From the IMG/VR virus record IMGVR_UViG_3300034146_000008, positions 1-36,487 of that record: DNA of 36,487 nucleotides; one strand, given 5' to 3'. The notes under the pieces are model-generated. The model did not search any database. It had not been told where the DNA came from and saw only the letters and a list, made by a program, of their open reading frames with translations. The position numbers and the translations under genes were made by a program. This DNA is from a virus. Positions 30,783 to 36,487 of the stretch are shown here, one piece after another (position 1 is the stretch's first letter; the number at the start of each line of letters is the position of its first letter).

Positions 30783-31061
30783 CTACTGAGCGTCAGTCTG
30801 TTCGGTCGCTTCAGTCTCTTCTTCAGTGACTTCAGGACCAACCTTTGTTTCTTCTGTATTTTCCATAGGTGATGTTTTGTTAGTGATAATTAGGGAGCAA
30901 TTGCCGACCTTTTCGCTCCCGAGTATTTGATTGCAGTGAGAACATCTAATGACGTAGTGAGCATGAGGACAGTGAGAACGCTCTTCTACCCCATCTAAAT
31001 ATTTTCGATAGGCAGAGTTCTTTGAGAAGTTTTCTTTTGAAAATGGGTTTAATTTAGGCAT
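30783..31061 (-). CDS. hypothetical protein with His/Cys cluster and acidic tail
   Basis: 92 aa with HCPHAH...CSHC. Confidence 0.55.
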   Translation of the reverse strand: MPKLNPFSKENFSKNSAYRKYLDGVEERSHCPHAHYVIRCSHCNQILGSEKVGNCSLIITNKTSPMENTEETKVGPEVTEEETEATEQTDAQ

Positions 31062-31074
31062 TAGATACCCTGCT

Positions 31075-31104
31075 AGATGCTAATTCCTGTGCACTGCCCG
31101 TCAA
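31075..31104 (-). promoter_or_regulatory. possible degenerate promoter (TTGACG-N16-TAGCAT) related to the conserved element
   Basis: Minus strand: TTGACGGGCAGTGCACAGGAATTAGCATC. Shares CACAGG.ATTA with the type 1 element. Confidence 0.3.
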
Positions 31105-31410
31105 CTAGTTTTTAGTTCCGTCAATGATGTCTATGCACTGCCCAATAACCAGAGCGATATACCCTGATTCTCTGCTTTTAGCGTTGTCTTCTAGCTCTTT
31201 TTTAACGAACGTAGCCTCTTCTATCTTGAGGTCGACACTATCTTCAGTAGCGAACTTCTTTGCGAGTACGTAGCCTAGGTGAGGGTTAGATACTTTTCCG
31301 GCCATAACATTTGAGATTACTTCTCCGATAGTGAACTCACCTCCGCTAGGACTCATAATTGGTTCTCCTTTAAGGTCGAGGATGGGGGTCTTTGTGTTTA
31401 CTGTGATCAT
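31105..31410 (-). CDS. hypothetical protein (trimmed to ATG 31410; the ORF-track GTG start lies inside a terminator hairpin)
   Basis: 101 aa, MITVNTKTPILDLKGEP... Confidence 0.55.
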   Translation of the reverse strand: MITVNTKTPILDLKGEPIMSPSGGEFTIGEVISNVMAGKVSNPHLGYVLAKKFATEDSVDLKIEEATFVKKELEDNAKSRESGYIALVIGQCIDIIDGTKN

Positions 31411-31430
31411 TTTTTCAACGATTAGATAAT

Positions 31431-31478
31431 AAAAAATGCCACGCAACCTTCTCCCTTTCAAGAGTTGGTTCACGTGGC
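31431..31478 (-). terminator. rho-independent terminator (minus strand)
   Basis: Minus strand: GCCACG(TG)AACC...GGTT(G)CGTGGC (6+4 bp) followed by ATTTTTTATTAT. Confidence 0.5.
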
Positions 31479-31521
31479 ATTGGCTTTTTCGCCTTTGTTG
31501 CCCTATTTAGATGTTTTAATT

Positions 31522-31674
31522 TTACTCCTCCTGAAACGGAATGTCAAAACTATTTATGTCTGTCGCTCGCCTCACTGTACGTATCTTCCCATCCTCTGAT
31601 CGTTTTACTTCCAGTACTTCGTATGTGTGCAATGACCGAACCTCCTTGATCAATCGTTCTTCGTCTTTATTCAT
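31522..31674 (-). CDS. 50-aa hypothetical protein (candidate)
   Basis: Hand translation: MNKDEERLIKEVRSLHTYEVLEVKRSEDGKIRTVRRATDINSFDIPFQEE. Confidence 0.4.
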   Translation of the reverse strand: MNKDEERLIKEVRSLHTYEVLEVKRSEDGKIRTVRRATDINSFDIPFQEE

Positions 31675-31675
31675 G

Positions 31676-31774
31676 TTATTTATTGCTTATCCTCCCTAAG
31701 TAAAAGCCCGCATACACGCACACGATACTCCATACAAGTAAGACTAATGGTGAGAACGGGATAGTGCCTGGCAT
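31676..31774 (-). CDS. 32-aa single-TM micro-protein (candidate)
   Basis: MPGTIPFSPLVLLVWSIVCVYAGFYLGRISNK. Its stop is 1 nt before the next ATG. Confidence 0.35.
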   Translation of the reverse strand: MPGTIPFSPLVLLVWSIVCVYAGFYLGRISNK

Positions 31775-31783
31775 GTTGTTGGA

Positions 31784-31876
31784 TTAACTTAATAAAAGAA
31801 ACAACCCAGCTCCAAACCAGAATACTAATGTTGCTATTGCCCAGAGTGTTAGGAAGTCTACAAAATCCTTACTCAT
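31784..31876 (-). CDS. 30-aa single-TM micro-protein (candidate)
   Basis: MSKDFVDFLTLWAIATLVFWFGAGLFLLLS. ATGAGTAA overlap with the upstream gene. Confidence 0.3.
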   Translation of the reverse strand: MSKDFVDFLTLWAIATLVFWFGAGLFLLLS

Positions 31877-32054
31877 GGTTTACTTCTTTGGTAGTTACAT
31901 CAAACGGCTCAGTCATCCAGAAAAGAATACTCAGAATGAACGCACAAACTGTAACCAACTTTGAAGGCTGGTATATTCCCACACAGTAAAAGACCAAGAG
32001 GGCTAACCACGTGACCACGCTGATTACAGTTACGTAAGCTAAAAGTTTTTTCAT
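31869..32054 (-). CDS. two-TM membrane protein, hypothetical
   Basis: 61 aa with LAYVTVISVVTWLALLVFYCV and LVTVCAFILSILFWM. Confidence 0.5.
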   Translation of the reverse strand: MKKLLAYVTVISVVTWLALLVFYCVGIYQPSKLVTVCAFILSILFWMTEPFDVTTKEVNHE

Positions 32055-32057
32055 AAG

Positions 32058-32465
32058 TTACTTCAATAACTCTGGATTCTGATAAATATTCCCAAGCACT
32101 TTAAGAGGAGCGAGTATCCCTGAGTAAAGATCACCAAAGGCTAGAGGTGGATGGTAGTCACCTTTTACTCTCTCTGGCTGCATGTCTTTTTCTTTAATCT
32201 GAAACATTGTCCAGTGATCACTGTAAAACACTTCGCCAAGGTGATCTGACTTACACTCTTCGTCGAAGCAGTAACGTTGTACTATGTCGCCTTCGAAGAT
32301 CATCTCTCCTGTATTGTCTCTTAGTCCTGTAAACTGTCGCACCACTACTTTCCCTATGTTCGGGTATAAGCCAGTGGCGTATCCAGCAAAGGCGAATATC
32401 GGGAGTATTGGACTCATCTCTTTCTTATCTTCGTCCCACACCTGCACTATAATTTCTCTGCTCAT
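32058..32465 (-). CDS. YopX-family protein
   Basis: 135 aa. VRQFTGLRDNTGEMIFEGDIV ... VLGNIYQNPELLK matches the YopX signature (QyTGLkDknGkeIyEGDi ... iGNIyeNPELL). Confidence 0.8.
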   Translation of the reverse strand: MSREIIVQVWDEDKKEMSPILPIFAFAGYATGLYPNIGKVVVRQFTGLRDNTGEMIFEGDIVQRYCFDEECKSDHLGEVFYSDHWTMFQIKEKDMQPERVKGDYHPPLAFGDLYSGILAPLKVLGNIYQNPELLK

Positions 32466-32468
32466 TTG

Positions 32469-32555
32469 TTAATTCATTGAAATTCCTACTAAAAGACCTG
32501 CGATCAAGCACAACGTCCACCAAATTAGCCACAAAATTCCTTTTTCATCTTTCAT
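32469..32555 (-). CDS. 28-aa single-TM micro-protein (candidate)
   Basis: MKDEKGILWLIWWTLCLIAGLLVGISMN. Confidence 0.3.
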   Translation of the reverse strand: MKDEKGILWLIWWTLCLIAGLLVGISMN

Positions 32556-32578
32556 GTTGTTACTGGAGAGAAGTATTG

Positions 32579-32662
32579 TGCAGGAAGTAGGAGTCGCACC
32601 TACGGAATGCTATGCAAAACGGTTTTACAGACCGCCCCCGCCCTCTACGGGATTACTCCTGC
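32579..32662 (-). tRNA. tRNA-Tyr(GTA)-like, bacterial class II type, with non-canonical spacing
   Basis: Minus strand: GCAGGAG-TAAT-CCCG-TAGAGGG-CGGG-G-GCGGT-CTGTAAA-ACCGT-(TTGCATAGCATTCC)-GTAGG-TGCGACT-CCTAC-TTCCTGC-A. Anticodon GTA, with a variable arm containing a TGC/GCA stem. There are 4 nt (not 2) between the acceptor and D stems. The acceptor helix could extend to 9 bp. No encoded CCA. Confidence 0.65.
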
Positions 32663-32698
32663 ACGATACTCCCCTCTTTTATTGTGAGAGAACCAGAG

Positions 32699-32771
32699 CA
32701 GATGGGATGAGAATCGAACTCACCGCAGCCAGTTTTGGAGACCAGCTCGCCACCTTGGAACATGCCCACCA
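32699..32771 (-). tRNA. tRNA-Trp(CCA)-like, 73 nt, with irregular D/acceptor geometry
   Basis: Minus strand: TGGTGGG-CAT-GTTC-CAAGGTGGC-GAG(C)TGGT-CTCCAAA-ACTGG-CTGCG-GTGAG-TTCGATT-CTCAT-CCCATCT-G. The anticodon arm and T arm are clean. The 1-72 pair is U-U, and the D stem GTTC/GAGC shares a C with the anticodon stem. Confidence 0.55.
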
Positions 32772-32793
32772 AGTCTGCTTCCCTCTTTGTTAA

Positions 32794-32961
32794 TTAGACC
32801 TTCTTCTTTTTCGAACGCTTATTTTTTGTCCATTCTTCATCAAGGTATGTAAGTACTCCATACACTGAAGCAGCAAGTAGTTCTGTATCGTTGTCAGGTT
32901 CAGGAGCACCTTTGCTAATTTCTTCCTTAATGATTTCGTGAACCCTTTCTGATGGTTTCAT
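32794..32961 (-). CDS. hypothetical protein (trimmed from the GTG at 32985 to the ATG at 32961)
   Basis: 55 aa, MKPSERVHEIIKEE... Overlaps the HNH gene 3-prime end by 35 nt. Confidence 0.4.
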   Translation of the reverse strand: MKPSERVHEIIKEEISKGAPEPDNDTELLAASVYGVLTYLDEEWTKNKRSKKKKV

Positions 32962-33364
32962 GTTTTTTTCTTTGCTTTTCGTCACGCCTAAACTTGTACC
33001 AAGGATGTGGACGGATTTTTAATCCTCGATATAGTCTTAGTGCAACTTCAAACGGGAAAACATACCAAGGGAATGTTGCACTCCTCCAATGTGTTCTCCA
33101 CTTGTTGTTAATGTGGTCTTGCCTTGCTCGCTCGTGGTTACACGACGGACATGCAAGTACTAATGTTGTTTTACCGTCAGGCTTAGGTCTTAATCCCCAG
33201 AAGCGTGAGTACAGGTGATCTATTGTAGGAAAGTTATCTGGCAGCTTCCCTTGGTTTCTACGTGGCTTAAACGATACAAGTTTTTTTCTACACCAGAAAC
33301 AGTGTGGGTCTCTCTTCATGAGCACCTCTCTTCGTTTTTGGTGATACGCAGTTCTGCTACTCAT
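32927..33364 (-). CDS. HNH endonuclease
   Basis: 145 aa with CFWCRKKL ... TIDHLYSR ... CPSCNHERA (Cys4 Zn plus H-N-H). Confidence 0.8.
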   Translation of the reverse strand: MSSRTAYHQKRREVLMKRDPHCFWCRKKLVSFKPRRNQGKLPDNFPTIDHLYSRFWGLRPKPDGKTTLVLACPSCNHERARQDHINNKWRTHWRSATFPWYVFPFEVALRLYRGLKIRPHPWYKFRRDEKQRKKHETIRKGSRNH

Positions 33365-33369
33365 ACAAT

Positions 33370-33564
33370 TTAAGGTAGTAACTCATAGACGACCTTAGGT
33401 TGATACCACTTTGGGTATTCGACCTCTTTGTGCTCTTTGCTTCTCTGAACCTCTATTGCTCGGTACGTGAGAATTTCTCGTGCAACTCGTGAGGCTTTAA
33501 AGACTTTTGGTAGTTCGTAATGTGTCCGCTGCCAGTTTCGGACATATTTCTCATCAAAGGTCAT
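33370..33564 (-). CDS. hypothetical protein
   Basis: 64-aa ORF, ATG at 33564. Confidence 0.5.
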   Translation of the reverse strand: MTFDEKYVRNWQRTHYELPKVFKASRVAREILTYRAIEVQRSKEHKEVEYPKWYQPKVVYELLP

Positions 33565-33889
33565 GTTGCTGCACTTCTAGCTGTTCTGACCTTTTTTCGT
33601 CCAGTCGTTTATTCCATTTACTCCAACGGGGTATTGTTCCAACGTCATGGATGTACCACCGTGATAGAAGAGAAGAAGTTTTTGCAACAAACTTCATATC
33701 CCGACCTTTAGCGACATACATAATGGATGAGTTGAAGGGACTTACACTGAAGTTGTCTATACGTGGCTCAAAGAACTCGTCGAGTTCGCGTTCACTTTTT
33801 AGTGGTCCAAATACTCTAATTTGTATGATTGCACTTAAGGCTAGATACACTACCAGAAAGATTCCGACCGTTGTTAAGATGTGTGTCAT
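33554..33889 (-). CDS. N-terminally anchored membrane protein, hypothetical
   Basis: 111 aa. TM helix ILTTVGIFLVVYLALSAII. Confidence 0.55.
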   Translation of the reverse strand: MTHILTTVGIFLVVYLALSAIIQIRVFGPLKSERELDEFFEPRIDNFSVSPFNSSIMYVAKGRDMKFVAKTSSLLSRWYIHDVGTIPRWSKWNKRLDEKRSEQLEVQQHDL

Positions 33890-33892
33890 ATA

Positions 33893-34075
33893 TTACTTCC
33901 CGACTTTTACTACTACCTTTGGTGCTACAAGTTCCATGTTCTTGTACACCGCTAAATACCACTGTTCGTCGAAGATGAGAGGTTCAAGACAGACTTCGTA
34001 CCCATTCTCTAACGGTAGGCTGTAATAACCGTCTTGCTTCTGCCATCCTCCGAGTGCATCAATTGTAGGTAACAT
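33893..34075 (-). CDS. hypothetical protein
   Basis: 60-aa ORF, ATG at 34075. Confidence 0.5.
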   Translation of the reverse strand: MLPTIDALGGWQKQDGYYSLPLENGYEVCLEPLIFDEQWYLAVYKNMELVAPKVVVKVGK

Positions 34076-34077
34076 AA

Positions 34078-34419
34078 TTATTCGGATTTAGATTTTGTTA
34101 ATGTTTTTACTTTCTTGACCATTTTCTTATGGCCTTTTTCTGCCTGTGCCCAGTTGTTATACCTGTCCATGTCTTCATGCAGTTCACAGTTTTCGTGGCC
34201 TTCACAGAAAACCATAGTTTCAAACCACAGTGGCTTACCAACCCCAAAAGAGTGGTCAATACCCAGGAATACAGTTGAAATGAAATGTTCACCTACCGTT
34301 TCCTGATGTACTGCTCTTAACATAGGGTTCTTGTCTAGCCACCTAGCCCACTCCATAAGTGAGACTGGTACTAGCTCATGTTTGTCGTTAAGAATCATGT
34401 GCTGGCTCATACTATTCAT
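34078..34419 (-). CDS. hypothetical protein (conserved phage-type PLWFETMVF motif)
   Basis: 113 aa. I recall the FETMVF motif from many small phage proteins of unknown function. Confidence 0.55.
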   Translation of the reverse strand: MNSMSQHMILNDKHELVPVSLMEWARWLDKNPMLRAVHQETVGEHFISTVFLGIDHSFGVGKPLWFETMVFCEGHENCELHEDMDRYNNWAQAEKGHKKMVKKVKTLTKSKSE

Positions 34420-34627
34420 CTCCGTCTACTCTCCAGCCGACTGATTTGGATACATTGCCGAACTTATCTGTTACGATCTTGTCTTCGTCTGTTTCTGCCT
34501 CAAATTCAAAGTCCACACCTGAGACTGGGCACTTTCCCACTCCCTTTGCGGGGAGAGGAAAGCCACAGCCTTCTAGAGGTTCACCATGATTCGGACATAC
34601 AGGTTTATAGCTTGGTTTTGCTGGCAT
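34412..34627 (-). CDS. small zinc-ribbon-like protein (trimmed from the TTG at 34639 to the ATG at 34627)
   Basis: 71 aa with CPNHG..C ... KCPVSG. The ATG is 1 nt after the AAA+ gene stop. Confidence 0.5.
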   Translation of the reverse strand: MPAKPSYKPVCPNHGEPLEGCGFPLPAKGVGKCPVSGVDFEFEAETDEDKIVTDKFGNVSKSVGWRVDGDE

Positions 34628-34628
34628 A

Positions 34629-36050
34629 TTAGTCTTCAATCTCTTTAAAGAAACTATCTATCGACCCGCTGCTAATGTTTGTCTGAATGTTGTTACTCAT
34701 GCCTACACCTACGTCTTCCACCATTCGAGCCTTAGGTCCTTTATTGGTTCCCATTAAGTTCTGAGAGGCTTTGACTCGCTTAATTGCTGTATCGAAGTGT
34801 TCATTGGTTACCAACTCTTCTTCGTTAGCAGAAGCCATACGTGCAGCGTGTAGAATCACGTTCTTGATCAGTCCTCCCGTTAGTTCATGCTCAGCAAGTG
34901 TGTCTGACGATACATCTTGGTGTAGAGGTAACTTAGTTGGTATAAGCTTTTGCCAGATTGCCTTACGTTGCTCCAGGTTCGGTTTTGCGAACTCGACGAT
35001 TAGTGAGATACGTCTCTCTAGAGCTGCGTCCATACGGTCAACTTGGTTGGTTGCAAGAATGAGTACTCCTTCATACTTTTCAATTTCCTGTAGAAGGGTG
35101 TTCACTTCACCACCTAGTACCATTCCGAGTTGTGATCGGTCATAAATGAGCGAGTCACATTCATCAATGAACAGTATCTTGCCACCCTCTTTTGCTGACT
35201 GGAAAGCTTGCTGGATGTTTCGGTTAGCTGCTCCTGGTTCAGAGGACTGAATTTCTGCCATGCCTATAGTAAGCAGTTCAGTTCCTAGTGCACGTGCCAT
35301 AAGAGTGGCTGCCCATGTCTTACCCGTGCCTGGTGTACCGTGGAATAGAAAGGTCATACCTTTACCGTACTCAATGGTCTCTTCCAAGCCCCACTTCTTG
35401 AAGATTTTGTCGTGGTTTGTGTGTTGCTTAAGCACGGAGAGGATTTCTTTTTTAATGTCCTCTGCAATAACGAGAGCATCGAGAACTTTTGTATCTACAC
35501 CCTTTGGTTTTGATGTACTAGAACGAGTAACGTCAGAAGTAAGTCTGAGTACATCTTCTTCACACCACCAACTACGTCCATCTTCAAAGTGAACTTGGTA
35601 AGGAAGGTCTCGGCTGCCATGTGCGTCTGCTATTATTCCTTTCTTACCCACAAAACTTTTATCATTGTCGGGTGGAGCAATAGCTGTTACCCTGTCTCCC
35701 ACTTTAAATTTCTTCATATCTTTATTTTTTATAGAACTACCTGCGGATAACGGGGACCCTGCAAATGACGGAATAGGAGCACTGGTTAGTGGACCAACTC
35801 TTGCGGATATTACTTGTGGAGGAGTGCTAGTCATAGAAAAGCACTCCAGTGGGAATACTTCAGATACCCTTACTCCATTTACCTCTATAAGAGCTACTCT
35901 ACTTGAGCTATCTATGATCTCTATTTTTCCAATAACACCTGCATGTTTTGACCATCCGCTCGTTGCTAGTGGAGGTACGATAGACACAAAACGATCTACC
36001 CTAACCCAATCTCCTACACTAAATTGGTGTCCCGAATTTCCTGGACCCAC
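34629..36050 (-). CDS. classical-clade AAA+ ATPase (SpoVK/CbbX/EccA-like, COG0464 type) with two SH3/KOW-like N-terminal repeats
   Basis: 473 aa. Walker A HGTPGTGKT, Walker B ILFIDECDS, second region of homology LATNQVDRMDAALERR, lid GGLIKNVILHAARMA. The N-terminus has two similar about 60-aa units starting FSVGDWVRV and FKVGDRVTA. GTG start 2 nt after the upstream stop. No protease domain. Confidence 0.85.
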   Translation of the reverse strand: MGPGNSGHQFSVGDWVRVDRFVSIVPPLATSGWSKHAGVIGKIEIIDSSSRVALIEVNGVRVSEVFPLECFSMTSTPPQVISARVGPLTSAPIPSFAGSPLSAGSSIKNKDMKKFKVGDRVTAIAPPDNDKSFVGKKGIIADAHGSRDLPYQVHFEDGRSWWCEEDVLRLTSDVTRSSTSKPKGVDTKVLDALVIAEDIKKEILSVLKQHTNHDKIFKKWGLEETIEYGKGMTFLFHGTPGTGKTWAATLMARALGTELLTIGMAEIQSSEPGAANRNIQQAFQSAKEGGKILFIDECDSLIYDRSQLGMVLGGEVNTLLQEIEKYEGVLILATNQVDRMDAALERRISLIVEFAKPNLEQRKAIWQKLIPTKLPLHQDVSSDTLAEHELTGGLIKNVILHAARMASANEEELVTNEHFDTAIKRVKASQNLMGTNKGPKARMVEDVGVGMSNNIQTNISSGSIDSFFKEIED

Positions 36051-36052
36051 AG

Positions 36053-36397
36053 TTATATCTTCGGAGTCTTAAGTTCGACGTCCTTCTTACGCTGTTCGAC
36101 CATTCCTCGTAGTGCACACATGACTGTCATTGTCATACTCTCGTCTTTCCGGGTCGCTGTTGAACCAAACTCCATTCCTTCAAGGAATGCATTCATCTGC
36201 GTGAGCGTAAAACTAAGTCCACGATCTGCAAAAGTTTGCCTAAGTTTTGTTTCAATTTTTTCCTTTTGCTCTGGCCCTAACACAATCTCGGCAGCTTCAG
36301 CCATAAACCCTTTCAATGCAGCACTTGACCGTTTTGTAAGGTCTTTGAGCTTTTTCGAACGCTCTTCATCAAGCTCGTTTTCTTCTTTTTCGTCCAT
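36053..36397 (-). CDS. hypothetical protein (spans the circular junction)
   Basis: 114 aa with an acidic N-terminus. Its first 37 nt lie inside the 127-bp terminal repeat. Confidence 0.55.
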   Translation of the reverse strand: MDEKEENELDEERSKKLKDLTKRSSAALKGFMAEAAEIVLGPEQKEKIETKLRQTFADRGLSFTLTQMNAFLEGMEFGSTATRKDESMTMTVMCALRGMVEQRKKDVELKTPKI

Positions 36398-36487
36398 AAG
36401 TTTTTAAGTTACATGTATAATTTGTGGTTCTTTTTTTCTTGGTTGCCACATAACCAACTGACGCTTTACAGTCGTCGGGAAAGGATA
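36361..36487. repeat. terminal direct repeat, copy 2 (duplicate of 1-127)
   Basis: Identical to 1-127. Positions 36404-36487 duplicate the 3-prime part of CDS 44..400. Confidence 0.95.

Noticed and set aside
4010-34292. Same-strand alternative-frame ORFs nested in larger genes: 4010..4267, 7896..8078, 9251..9481, 10873..11106, 15744..15929, 20851..21123, 23299..23505, 24194..24496, 34107..34292.
   Set aside because: Each is wholly inside a longer ORF that carries recognisable motifs or fits the operon packing. There is no independent start context.
1717-36407. Plus-strand ORFs of 60-170 aa lying inside long minus-strand genes. Examples: 1717..1911, 2346..2669, 3089..3460, 13667..13942, 15533..15970, 16908..17366, 33507..34025, 34771..35145, 35260..35592, 35665..36072, 36024..36407.
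   Set aside because: They are antisense shadows of well-supported genes. Their products are low-complexity, Ser/Leu/Cys/Phe-rich peptides without motifs, and they break the tight minus-strand tiling.
1-36487. CRISPR arrays, IS elements or transposases, toxin-antitoxin pairs, and rRNA genes.
   Set aside because: I saw no regularly spaced direct repeats, no transposase-like ORF, no terminal inverted repeats, and no rRNA-like sequence on reading through the window. The only recombinase is the tyrosine integrase.

Overview
The window is a complete, circularly closed tailed-phage genome. Bases 1-127 are identical to 36361-36487, so the unique length is 36,360 bp. An exact 127-bp end overlap is what a de Bruijn assembler leaves on a circular or terminally redundant contig.

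Nearly all genes lie on the minus strand in tight, often overlapping arrays (ATGA or TAATG junctions). Shine-Dalgarno signal is weak. Several ORF-track N-termini are really extensions from TTG or GTG codons, and I trimmed them to the ATG that abuts the upstream stop.

Gene order along the minus strand, starting after a 700-bp non-coding region (4928-5629):
- Recombination and replication module (4927->44): Zn-ribbon protein, ERF annealase, SSB-like protein ending DADEIPF, DnaD-like replication organiser, winged-helix protein, SPFH/prohibitin protein, NinB-like protein, PD-(D/E)XK resolvase-like nuclease.
- Across the circular junction, an early block (36397->29777): a classical AAA+ ATPase with two SH3-like N-domains, an HNH endonuclease, two tRNA-like genes (Tyr-GTA and Trp-CCA), YopX, and many tiny membrane peptides.
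- Packaging and head genes: TerS-like, TerL, portal, scaffold, major capsid.
- A GT-B glycosyltransferase embedded among the structural genes.
- Tail genes (adaptor, nozzle and fibre candidates, two large internal-virion-like proteins) and a 999-aa fibre. I recognised no sheath, tube or tape-measure set, so a podovirus-like virion is an inference only.
- A lysis cassette: Amidase_2 lysin, a papain-C1 peptidase fused to a PG-binding domain, and several membrane proteins including an lmo0937-family micro-protein.
- A lysogeny module: XerC/D-like tyrosine integrase plus a small HTH protein.

The only plus-strand island (13880-14719) carries a class II Ser-like tRNA with the Trp anticodon CCA, a cluster of consensus DnaA boxes next to an AT-rich repeat tract, and two tiny membrane ORFs.

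Other non-obvious signals:
- Four near-identical promoter-like elements that end 5-7 nt before start codons.
- A G+C-rich, helix-rich non-coding core beside the integrase module.
- A candidate plus-strand small RNA with a consensus promoter and terminator between int and the lysis genes.
- A ~130-nt structured intergenic element at 30639-30772.

All functional calls come from motif recognition by eye and from memory. No searches were run.
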